This document shows positions 12,501 through 23,330 of a DNA stretch of 64,000 nt, piece by piece (the first letter of the stretch is position 1; each line of letters starts with the position of its first letter). A program made the position numbers and the translations under genes. This DNA is from Okamejei kenojei (Eukaryota). The DNA lies in NCBI GenBank assembly GCA_035221665.1, contig CM069135.1:89962001-90026000 (forward strand), written 5' to 3'. The notes under the pieces are model-generated. The model was not told the DNA's origin and made no database searches. It saw only the letters and a list, made by a program, of their open reading frames with translations.

Positions 12501-13539
12501 GATATAAGTAACTTAGTTCTCAACCGCTGTATCTCTCAAACGGATTTCACAGACTCGTACAATACAGACAACAAGGTAGAGATAAATCTATGGTCTTTTT
12601 TTTAAGCAAAAACTTAATTCGCCAACTTTTTAAAGAGAAATTATGTCTCCAATGTAACTTACCCGGTAGCTTTTATTCCCCGTCTCTACCAGACAATGGC
12701 GGGAATTGCAATAAACCAGATCTTAATATTTACCATTTTCTCAGTCTCTGTATATTTATCAGCGTTTTTATTCCTCTATGAAAACAGTTAGATAGTATCG
12801 TTGAGTATTGTTTTTTTCCTATAATTAGAAAAGTTTACATGCAACCAAGTGCACAGTTGTCCAAACAATCATCTGCAGCATCAATCCACGCAGCGGCGGG
12901 AAAAGACGAGGGAAGTGGGCTCAAGTTAGAAATGACAGATTAGATGCCCGGTACTTAATAATTTGATTAAAAAAGAACAATACTGAATAGTTCATTTGAG
13001 GCCCTGAACTCAACTCAATGTTTTTGCTGTGATCAAGGTATTTCTAGTTGAGTCTCGAACACTTCACTGTGTCCCATTATCAACAATATTTTCATAACAA
13101 CTACTTTAAATCGTGCACTATCTTATCTTTAAAAAGATGTAAAGCGCTCCAAAACTAGCTTACTGTTATCCTGCGCTGGTCTCTTATCAGTTTATTACTG
13201 CCATTAACACGCTAATTTCGCATTAAATAATATTTCTTGCCCCGAATATCCTTGTAGGGCGTCAAAATAGTCAATTGATTCATTCTGGACAGTACCCCCA
13301 TTTAAACAAAAACAAGTATTAAATTGGAGGAAGAAACGCTATTTATATCTGGAGACGTGATTGCATTTAAGATTCATAGGAAACTATTCCTGATGGTCGG
13401 CAGAGAACAGTTTCAATCGAATTGCCAATGACAAAAAAGGAAGAAAAAAAGAGCAGTTTGAATGTGTGGATACGTCGCTCTGAAGTTTAAAACGGGTTTG
13501 TGTCGGTAATAGGGACAATACAAACAACTTTGAACACAT

Positions 13540-14160
13540 ATGGCCGGTGTCTGGCGCGGAAGTACAGGACCTTGCGCCTCTGCCGACTCGTCTCTGTTCC
13601 GCTGGTCACGGTGTTTGTCTGCACGTGTCTGTCTCTGCGCTGTACGTGACTGCGAGTCCTGCCAACTAGTTTTTTTTTTTCACTTGCCAAGCACCCGTTT
13701 AAAAAAAAGACATTTAACTAGTTCTACAAAGTCGGAATAGAAATATGCAAATTGAATGATAAATTGGTCGATGCATCTGGAAATGTTATCTAATTAGGGC
13801 GTAAGAAATTTAATCTTTACAGCGAGCAGGTCAAATAATTACCGTTAATTTTACGCCCAAATTATCTTTCATTGATTTGTATTCTCTTAAATGTAGTTTG
13901 GCAGGAAATCATGATCCATACCAATAGATTTTATTTTATGTGTGAACACGGTGGGCCTCAGAATGAATTATTGCAACCCTCCCCATACAAATAACTAGAT
14001 CGCATCATGTATGCATTATTAAGCCATGTAATTGAATGTTCCATAGTTTGCATATCAAACTATTAAAATAATGTGTTTTTCTTTTCTTCCAACACGTAAT
14101 GTTGAAGCCTCCGCGTCTATTTTGTGACTCTGATAATTATGATCTAATTAGAGTAAATGT
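13540..14160. promoter_or_regulatory. Candidate neural enhancer (POU octamer plus homeodomain sites)
   Basis: Octamer ATGCAAAT at 13745-13752, ctaattag near 13790 and 14143, ETS cggaagt near 13557. Non-repetitive sequence. Confidence 0.35.
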
Positions 14161-14632
14161 TCTCTTCATTTGGACGAGATTTTCCCAAGATTTTTGCATT
14201 TCCAGCCGTCACGGTGCAGTCTGTGACGTACTTTTTTTCTGGAATCAATTACTTTGCACTTATTTATTGTTGCTCCTGATCTTACTTACCAGTAGAAAAT
14301 AAAGCAATTCATTATTGTTTTCGCCAGAGTCTTTCCTTCACCACGCAAAAATCAAGAAATTAAACAACATAATATATTTATATCCATACTTTAAGAAACA
14401 AGATTTGTTTTTAAAAAGCCAAATGTAGTCTTCAGCACGCCACTCTGTTTCCATTACAAATAATACAATGTACTTGGGGCAATATAACTCTCATATCTAC
14501 AAACAGTAAGTAACAAGTTAGAGCAATAAATTACTAGGATATATCATTGAATGAATGTTATTTATCAGTTAATTGGGGCAATTCCGCTATCGAGGCTGTC
14601 TCTCCAACCCCATTATTGCCAATTGTTTATCT

Positions 14633-14768
14633 NNNNNNNNNNNNNNNNNNNNNNNNNNNNNNNNNNNNNNNNNNNNNNNNNNNNNNNNNNNNNNNNNNNN
14701 NNNNNNNNNNNNNNNNNNNNNNNNNNNNNNNNNNNNNNNNNNNNNNNNNNNNNNNNNNNNNNNNNNNN
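14633..14768. other. Assembly gap
   Basis: Run of N. Confidence 1.
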
Positions 14769-16155
14769 GGTTCGGTTTTTTTTCTCATTACTATTTCATT
14801 ATGGTATAAAAAGAACTAACCGTTAAGTTATTTTGAAGCCATAGATATGCTGCTCGCAACCATCGCTTCTGCACTTTGAAACATCTTTAAGTTGAAGGCC
14901 TCTATTGCCTGCTTTCTGTTTTATATGATATATTTTTTTATTTCTGTTTAATGCGCCACTAGATCTTCTCCCACAGTGGTTACTTATTTTGTACAAGCTT
15001 TCATAGAGTTGCAATACAAAGCTAATTGCATCTCCATTGCAAAATAAGAGTCCCGAGGTTTAACGCAGAAGTTTTTAGTCATCAGACTGCACGTGTTAAA
15101 GCAGAACCTCTTCCATCACGAAGCAAAGGCGACTTGTTACTTGATTCCTTGCTTTAACGTGGGGGCAAAGTTAAAGTTGGGATTTTCTTGAATCGGCGTT
15201 TGCTCCTCTAGAAAACGAAAGAAGGATATAACGTTGTGCCAATCAATATTAAAAACGCATACCGCGCACCAAAATTGATGGCATCGAATGCATCTTTACA
15301 GCAGAACCTAAAAGTGAATCTGCCTTTGTCACGAAGAATATTATTTATTATTGATTGACATTGTCAGAGGTTGCCTTTCCCCTCGCGGACTCGGCAATAG
15401 ATTTGTTTTAATACTTAAGACATTGCGACTGATTAATCGACATACAGCGAGCTCGCTCCACGGCTGCAGTCGGGCCGGTGTGTTTATTTTTAATCATTTA
15501 CTGTGTTGATTTTTCGCCCATTGGCCGAGAGCGAGACGGTATCGCCGCCCCCGCTCTCTGAGTTGGACTTTTATTTTGGCTGAGGCTCGCCCACTTCCAA
15601 GAGTTTAAAAGAAGCCTTCAGATGTGCGAGGACACCCAAACACAGCTTCAGTGTGAGCTTTGTTACTTCAGTTCTGCTCTTCACTATAGCAACGCCGAGC
15701 GTCTCGTCAAAAATGCACTTTCTCGGCACAATGGGACATGCTGCGGGAGCCCAGAAAGAGACGCATCTGTTACATTTATTTCTCAAATTGCTGCACCATC
15801 TAGCTCAGGCAAAAAAAGGGGGGAGGGGGGGTGGGAGAGAGCAAAATACATCACACTTTTCGAGATTCACAGAGTGTGTTATATACATTTTGCAAATAGA
15901 GCTATATTAAAAAATGTGTCAGTGTACAGCAACTGAATGGATTGAAAGACAGATTGGCAGGTGCCGAAATAACAACAGTAGTACTAGAAAATATTCAGCT
16001 GGTCAGGCAGCAGCGGTGGAGAAGGATACAGGGTCCACCAAGTTGCAGGTCGACGACGTTACCCCGGGGGGATTACGAATTAAACAATGGCAGAGAAAGG
16101 ACGGGGGGGGGGGTCGTGGGAGTGAGGGGTGTACGATAAGTAACGATAAGGAAAC

Positions 16156-16280
16156 AGAAGGAACTGCAGGTGCTATAATCTTACATAGAACACAAAGTGC
16201 TGGAGTAACTCAGCGGGTCTGGCAGCATCTCTGGTGGACATAGATAGGCGACGTTTCGGGTCGGAACCCTCCATCAGACA
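16156..16280 (-). mobile_element. Penelope-like terminal segment
   Basis: Minus strand reads ctgatggagggttccgacccgaaacgtcgcc...agatgctgccagacccgctgagttactccagcac. The core is CUGAUGG rather than CUGANGA. Confidence 0.8.
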
Positions 16281-17574
16281 GCGTAGGGAATGTGGATGTC
16301 TGTAATAGGATGGGCCATTCGAGTAAACTAAATAACACAAGCGATTGCGGTCCGAGTTGAAAGAGGATCGGTTTGTGAAGGTTTGTTAATCGCAGATGGT
16401 CTGTTTGGATGAGCTGTAAAAAGTAGGAGCCGAATGAGAACAAGGCTTGTGAAAACTCGCCATCTCTAACACACACCGGAAAAGCTAAAACAGCACGAAG
16501 TTCGCTATGTTAAGAATTGCCATCGAAGGACTCGGTAAAACTAGGAGTGTGCTTCGGAATCGGGGAAGTTACCTTGGGGCTCGGAAAATAAAGTTACGTT
16601 TGCTGTCTACAATGTTTATATAATTGAATATAGCATCCCAAAAGCAAGCATCTCCATTCTGTCGGCCCAAGCAGACACTCCTGCATGGGTCAATGCAAAC
16701 TATTGGATGGAATGACATCATCAATGAAAAGGCTTTTCAAGTGGGGCATTGACCAGGCTCTGCTTTCCATTCATAACGTGTAGGTAGTACGGGAAAGTGA
16801 TTTGTGGTTTAAAGGCTGCGGGAGAAAACGCAATAACAATTCAACACTGATATCAGTACGTTTCATTGTTTTTTTTAAATCAGATTTCTTTTTTAAAGCC
16901 CACTTGGAAATAAAAAATCGACTTACTTAAGAATATGTTGAGCCTGTGCACTGAATGAAACAGGCATATATGCAATAAAGCCGTTCAAAACAGTCATTAC
17001 GTCAGCACACAATACAAATTTGACAGCCCCGCTGCAGGAATTTTAATGCTCTCGCTAATTTGCCGAACATCGGTTTGGCATTTCATTAGATTCTATTTCT
17101 ATTTTCCACGAGGCGGGTGGAGTGACGGGAGCGACAGATGTAAGTAACTAGTTTTTGTATCAATTACATAATTAATTCCGAGGCTGGATGTACAAGACCT
17201 GTGCAATGCATAAGCAACTACTTCAGGAGAATTCGAGTAAAGGTTGGGACTGACATGAAAACGTACTGGTCTATTCTTCCAGGGAGACCAATTGGGGCAA
17301 GTCTAATAAGAGTCTGGTTCGGCACTTCCGGTTTGACGCTTTGTAAGCATCTGTCTGTCTATGATGTAACTACGAGTAGATTGCAAATCCACTTTCCCAA
17401 ACGGGGTGTGTGTTGCCAATGCACCGAATGCGTGGGTTTGCATAGCAGCTAGTTGTATGTATTACGGAAAATGAATACGATAACAGACGCCAATAAACTT
17501 TGTTTAAAATGCATCATATAAATGCATTTTGAAAAAGAATGTATTAATTCAGGCAAGAAAATCAAAGGTAGATC

Positions 17575-17740
17575 GATAGACACAAAATGCTGTCGGCGGA
17601 TCAGGCAGCATCTCTGGAGAAAAGTCTGAAGAAGGGTCTTGACCCGAAACGTCACCAATTCCCATTCTCCTGACCCACTGAGTTACTCCAACATTTTGTG
17701 TCTATCTTTGGTGTAAATCAACATCTGCAGACCTTCCTGC
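17575..17740. mobile_element. Inverted mini-Penelope insertion
   Basis: gatagacacaaaatgctg...tctggagaaaa in inverted orientation to a following hammerhead-bearing segment ending cattttgtgtctatc. Confidence 0.8.
17624..17655 (+). ncRNA. Minimal type-I hammerhead ribozyme motif
   Basis: GU-CUGAAGA-A-GGGUC(UU)GACCC-GAAA-CG-UC-AC. All core nucleotides present, palindromic ACGU stem III, 2-bp stem I. Activity not shown. Confidence 0.65.
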
Positions 17741-18419
17741 AGAAGACAATCATAGGGACGTTTTGAAGCGACAGTCAATATGAAACTGGTCACGTTATCA
17801 TTATATCTGTGAGATTCTTGCTGGATTGATTCCTGTCGTCATATTGTCTACAAAAAGAGAATTAAAAAAAAATAAAATACGTATACGGAGACAGTATTTT
17901 AGTCGATAAATGATCACAAATAGAGTAAATGCATTAATGTTAAAGATGATCAAAACTTGCTAAACGGTTGCCCGAGGAGGTAGTCTTATTTTCTGATTTT
18001 GCTGTTCACTCTCTATTGCCTGCGGATGTGTTTAAACGAGGACAGAAGGCTCTTAAATAAACCAGCTGAGAAACTTCCTGCATCGGAAAGACGACTACCT
18101 CACAGATCACTGTGCAGTTCAAAGGTTTGGGGCCTTTTTAAAACCCCTGTCACGTCACAGTTTGGAGCCTTGTATTTGAACAGCTGCTCTGGGGGGGGGG
18201 GGCTAAACTGAAGCAAACACACCAAACGCTGTACGGCTGAAATACCCTGCAACCTGCTCTAGCCGAAGCTGTACCTCATTCGGCCGCTGTATTACGCGCC
18301 CAGACCCCAGGGAATACGATATCACAAGGGATTGCACGTGTGCCTATCATATCCGTTCGGCCGTTTCGCCGAACACCTGCACTCCCTCCGCCAAAGCCTG
18401 CTGGATCTCCTCGTTGTAT

Positions 18420-18800
18420 AATCATAGAGCCCTAATGCGTGGAAACAGGCCCAACGGCCCAACTTGCCCACACCGTCCAACATGTCCCATCTACACTTGT
18501 CCCACCTGCCTGCGTTTAGGCCATATCCCTCTAAAACTATCCTATCCATGTACCTGTCCAAATGTTTCTGAAACTTAGCGATAGCACCTGCTTCAATTAC
18601 CTCATACGGCTGCTCGCTGCATACATCCACCACCATTTGTGTAAAAAAGTTACTCCTCGGATTCTTATTAAATCTTTATCATCTCACCATAAACCTGTTC
18701 TCTTGTTCTTGATTCCCCTACTCGGGACAGGAGGCTCTGCGTTTACCCAATCATCTCCTCTGACAATTTTGTACACTTCTAAGATCACCCTGCATCCTCC
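18420..18800 (-). mobile_element. CR1-clade LINE 3' fragment
   Basis: ORF 18322..18636 remnant (EVIEAG.I..F.KHLDRYMDR..LEGYG.NAGRWD) plus 3'UTR. Same family as 505-835. Confidence 0.85.
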
Positions 18801-19039
18801 TCCACTATTGCCTACTATTTTAATTCCCCTTCCCATTTCCGTACCCTGGCCTCCTCCATTGCCAGCGTGAGGCCACGCACAACCTGGAAACGCAGCATCT
18901 CATCGTTTGGGTAGCTTGCAACCCAATGGTATGAACACAGAATTATCCAATTTTAGGTAACTAATCAACAATACCCCTTCCCCTTTTCCCCTCTCTTGCC
19001 TGTGCCCCACCTGAATATGTCACCATTTCTCACAATACA

Positions 19040-19205
19040 GAAACGTGGAAAATATGTGCAGGAGTAGGCCATTCGGCCTTTCGAGCCAGCACCGCCATTC
19101 AATATGATCATGGCTGATCATCCAAAATCAGTATCCCATTCCGGCTTTTTCCCCATATCCCTTGATTCCCTTAGCCCTAAGAGCTAAATCTAACTCTCTC
19201 TCTTG
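19040..19205 (-). mobile_element. CR1-type LINE 3' end nested in the PLE
   Basis: aaaatatgtgcaggagtaggccattcggcctttcgagccagcaccgccattc...ccctaagagctaaatctaactctctc. Confidence 0.85.
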
Positions 19206-19440
19206 AAAAAAAAACAATATCCCGCCCCCTTCCTGCTTCCCACTTGCACCTCCAGCCCCTTACCCCTCCACCTAGCCTCAATAGTAATGCCTCTTCCCCC
19301 ATTATCTAATGGTCTTCCTCACATCTCTACTCTTTATTCACCGATCTCACAATGAAACCTCCCACCTCCCCTCACCTGTATCCACTAATCACTTGTCCAG
19401 CCTCCACTTCTTTTCCAACTCCCCCCCCCCCCCATCTACA

Positions 19441-19638
19441 GTCTTCTTCTTGCATTTGAGGCAGCAGAGGTCTGCAGCAGGGTGATGCCATCCGGTTCGA
19501 CATCCATAGGTGCCTGCCCCAAAAAGGGCACATGCTCCGGGTTGGCGCCAAGCTGTAGCGCTGCTGCTGTCTCTGTTTGTTGTCTGCCTGAGGTTAGTTG
19601 ACAGGGCTCACCACTTGGAGGTCGACAACATGAGCCCA
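19441..19638 (-). mobile_element. Retroelement 3' fragment with a (GAA)n tail (RTE-like), nested
   Basis: Begins tcttcttcttg. Flanked by the direct repeat ccatctaca (19432-19440 / 19639-19647). Confidence 0.55.
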
Positions 19639-19713
19639 CCATCTACAATAAGTCTGAAGAAGAAACGTCACCTCGTCACGTTCTCTGAAGATGCTGCCTG
19701 ACCCGGTGAGTTA

Positions 19714-20523
19714 TGGACCCGTCCCACTTAGGCGCCTTTTTAGGCGACTGCAGGAGACTATGCAGTCGCCACATAGTCGCCACATGTTCACGGGTGGTTG
19801 CCGGGGAGTCACCTTCATGGCCGTGAGGAGTTCCCACATTCTGGGAACTAGTCACAGCCTCATTCTGGTCGCCATGAATTTTTCAACATGTTGAAAAATT
19901 AGCGGCGACTAGAATGAAACCGCCATGGAGAGTAGCGAGAATTCTCGAGCCGTAGGTGGGTCGCCACGAGGTCCTAATGGGTTGCCAGAAGGTCGAAGGT
20001 TTTCGGAGGTTCTCGTAAGTTGTAGCTGGTACTGACCAGTGAATTTCTTTGGCTCAGTGGGGAAAAAAAGGTAAGCCATAGTTTTCAGAACCACGGATAA
20101 CCGACCGGTAATGTTAAATGTCCGCCGAGCTTCACAGCCGTGTATCTCTGGCTTCTTAAAGGTTGTCTCCACTCCTTCTCTCCCCTTCTCCCCCTCCTCC
20201 CCCCCCCCCCCCCCCCCCCCCCTCTTTTAAAGGACTTATCATACACTGTGCTTTAGCCATCTTTTTACAGCGTCAACCTTTCTGTTCATCGCGGTGTATG
20301 TCTGTTTCATCTTGGCTTTGCACCGTGTGAATTTTTTAGACCGTGTTCCCCCACTTGCCCTGTCCCCCACGTGCATAATGGGCTGGTGAAGGAAGCGATG
20401 TGCTTGTGTGTGTGTGTTCCACTCTGACAGTTGCTGTTCCAGTTGCTGGTTTTTTAGGCGGCTGTCGCCAACTTGACAATCGCCGGCAGTCCACTGAAAA
20501 AGCGCCTAAGTGGGACAGGCCCA
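19714..20523. mobile_element. PIF/Harbinger-type non-autonomous DNA element (MITE)
   Basis: TIRs TGGACCCGTCCCACTTAGGCG and the reverse complement of TGGGCCTGTCCCACTTAGGCG. TTA TSD at 19711-13 and 20524-26 splits the host pLTR gagtta|ctccag. Internal palindrome centred on ttttcaacatgttgaaaa. Confidence 0.9.
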
Positions 20524-20763
20524 TTATTCCAACACTTCATGGCTTGTATTGTAAACCAGTGTCTGAAGTCCATTGTGTCTATATCCATGTGCAAATGTTG
20601 GTATTTGGTCCTAAAATATCCAAATCAAGCATACAAATGGGCAGTATATTAGGATGCATAGAACATACACAGGTGCTTTAGATGAGATGAATGGGTAAAA
20701 TATAATTGATGGTAAAATTAAAGATTTACCATAAGCGAATATTAAGGTATAAATCAAAATGAA

Positions 20764-21479
20764 TAAGCGAGTTCGGTATTCCGAAAAACGCAAGGAATCA
20801 TGGAATTTGTCAAAGGTCATTCGAGATAAAGAAAACGTGAATGAAGCGCTGGCTGTATAAACTGTGTATAAATTCTTAACTTTATTCATAATTTATGTGT
20901 AAAAATATATTTAATCTGAGGAACGGGGTGCCAGGTAGTGGGAGAGCAGGGTGTAACAGCGAGAAAGAGGGGGCAGATGCGAATGGGAGGCAGGCGGAGA
21001 GACTAATTGCTACTTGACGTCCCCTTCCCCTCCCGAGTGTCCCATCCCTGTCCAGGGGTGGCCGGAGATTTCCAGGGTATCCCTGGACTGACAGGACACC
21101 GGAACGGAGCGGTGGCGGCTCCAGGCTTACAGTCAGCGTGGAGAAGAAGCACTAACTCCAGCTCAACTCTGCCTGTTCCGCGGGGTTAACCGACAGCCCT
21201 GGACTGATGGTCCACGCTGGCTCTCAGCCTGGGGCCGCCACTGACGGGCTGGTGTCCCGTCAGTCCAGGGTCACCCCGGATATCTCGGGACGCCCCCGGA
21301 CAGGGATGGGACACTCGGGAGGGGACGGGGACGATCCAGTAGCAACTCAACATTGCTTGCAGCGCCGGACACCGGATGAAACGCAGGTCTGTATACACGC
21401 AGCAGCTCAGCTGCCGAGAATGTACATCACTCGTGACCTGTGACCGGGACATGCGCAGTCGGAATACCGAACTCGCTTA
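20764..21479. mobile_element. Non-autonomous DNA element with 21-bp perfect TIRs and a ~340-bp internal palindrome
   Basis: TAAGCGAGTTCGGTATTCCGA (20764-20784) is the exact reverse complement of 21459-21479. 21007-21345 is an imperfect GC-rich inverted repeat. Confidence 0.75.
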
Positions 21480-22037
21480 ATCTTAATCGGAGTTAAGTGT
21501 GCTGTGGAGACTGAAGGAAATGCAAATACAGGATTCTTGATCGCTCCGCAGCTACGGGCCTCGCCTACCCTAGACGTAATCAACAGGACCCCGACTCGAA
21601 ACGTCGCCCATCCATTCCCTCCACATGGTCTGACCCGCCGAGTGTCTCCAGCCTATTGTGTTTTGATTAAGCGTGCAGTCTTTTTTTTTTACATAAATCC
21701 TAATTCTAGGTGGTTTGGTCCCAGACTCACTGACAGTTTCCAAATCTTTGTGGTAAAGAAAAGGGCAGACGATGGAGGAAAGGAGAGCTCAATGTAACCA
21801 AGTTGTCCTCGCTTCACGCTACATTCCGCACCACCACACACCATTTACAGGGGACATTCTGCCCACTTTCGGCAGAATATTACCTGGCCAGTGCATTTTA
21901 CGCTTTGTTTGCCGGTGTGCCATCTACTGACACCTAACATACCACATGCTGTGGATTGCCGTTCCCGGTGTCACCATTCTGGTCACTTAGAATGGGCTCA
22001 GTTAACAGGGCACAACAGCGATCCCTACAGAAGTATC

Positions 22038-22297
22038 GTGTAGGAGTGAACTGCAGATGTTGGTTTACACCGAAGATGAATCTGAAGAAGGGTCTCGACC
22101 CGAAACGTCACCTAGTCATTTTCTCCAGTGATGCTGTCTGACCCGCTGAGTTACTCCAGCATTTTGTGTCTATCTTCGGTTTAAACCAGCGACTGTAGTT
22201 CCTTCCTACACAGAAAACGAGACCCGAAACGTCACCTAGTCCTTTTCTCAAGAGATGCTGCCTGACCCGCTGATATGCTCCAGCGTTGTGTGTCTAT
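22038..22297 (+). mobile_element. Mini-Penelope insertion: short inverted segment plus two tandem pLTR units
   Basis: TSD cctacagaagtatc (22024-37) / cctatagaagtatc (22298-311). GAAACGTC at 22102 and 22226. Confidence 0.85.
22080..22111 (+). ncRNA. Minimal type-I hammerhead ribozyme motif
   Basis: CUGAAGA(22082)-A-GGGUC(UC)GACCC-GAAACGUC(22102-09)-AC. Confidence 0.65.
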
Positions 22298-22329
22298 CCT
22301 ATAGAAGTATCCACGAATTTAGTTCTAAA

Positions 22330-22548
22330 TATGAACTTCAGATTCTGGTTTATACCAAAGATGCACACAAAATACTGGAGTAACTGAGCGGGTCAGACGA
22401 CATCTCTGAAAATAAATGGATATGCGATGTTTCGGGTTGAGATCCTTCTTCATACCCCGACTTCTTCCCGACTCGAAACGTCACCTATTCCTTTTCTCCA
22501 GAAATGCTACCTGACCCGCTGATTTATTCCATCATTTTGTGTCTATCA
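22330..22548. mobile_element. Second inverted mini-Penelope insertion
   Basis: acacaaaatactggagtaactgagcgggtcag...tttcgggttgagatccttcttca, inverted to cccgactcgaaacgtcacc...cattttgtgtctatc. Confidence 0.8.
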
Positions 22549-23064
22549 CGGATTTTGTTCGCCACGTAAACCGCGTAACAAGCAGGAATATCCCGCGCAC
22601 AGAGTCTTTAATGTAGATTTCTTCGTAGTTTTCGTTTCACGTTCATACTCAACCAAGATTGCAGCCCCACGAGCGACTGACCTTCGTCCAATGCATGCAA
22701 CCTTGCTTCATGGCACTTCACCCGTGGCGTTTGAGGTAGAACTATAAAACACCCATGCACCCGAGTTATGGCATGCAGATCGATGACTTGCGCTGTCAAA
22801 TGACCCGAACACCCATTTACCTGCACGGTACGGAACGGCGAGAATAAGACAACCCCGACCTTTCAGCCAGGTGCAATTTGAAGCAATTTGCAGGGACCCG
22901 TTGCTGGTGAACTCCTCAGCCAAAGATACCACTAGCCTCAGTAGTTCCATCCGTTTTAATCACAGGCTCAGTAATCCCAGAACTCACCAGTAATCTCAAT
23001 CTGAATATCGGCGTTAGACATTCTCCTGTTTGCCAACAAGCAACGGATTGTACCCATACTTATA

Positions 23065-23330
23065 TCTCTGGTTTAATCTCACAGTCGCCATCAAATTAAT
23101 TTAATCTCAATTTCATTCGAGATTTTCGGTGTAATTTTAATCTCGCTCCATGGATCTTGTTTGCCCCGAATGTGTCAACGTGCCCAATTTAATCTTTTTT
23201 TTTTATTGTCGATCTTTTGTTTAATCTCTGTCTCATCATCAAACTCCCATCGTAATCTAACTCACTGTCGGTCTCCGGATTAATCTCAGCCTCACTCTGA
23301 AATTCTGGTTCAAATCAAAGACGATTAATT
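23065..23330 (+). repeat. Degenerate ~30-bp minisatellite with TAATCT cores
   Basis: (T)TAATCT recurs at about 23074, 23101, 23137, 23189, 23221, 23252 and 23280, mostly 28-36 bp apart. Confidence 0.55.

Larger units (their letters stand above)
18805..20545 (+). mobile_element. Penelope-like 3' fragment interrupted by three younger insertions
   Basis: GIY-YIG C-terminus remnant at 18850-18960 (CQREA..NLETQHLI..LGSLQPNGMN.E.SNFR*), a pyrimidine-rich UTR, and pLTR at 19651-19713 resuming at 20527. Confidence 0.75.

Noticed and set aside
14547-14826. ORFs spanning N runs (also near 43150 and 59970)
   Set aside because: Artifacts of assembly gaps.
21520-21527. Octamer ATGCAAAT
   Set aside because: It is a mutated Penelope terminal segment (gaaggaactgcagatgc), so a regulatory role is unsupported.
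23065-23330. CRISPR-like repeat/spacer periodicity
   Set aside because: The constant part is only about 7 bp, the context is vertebrate, and there are no cas genes.
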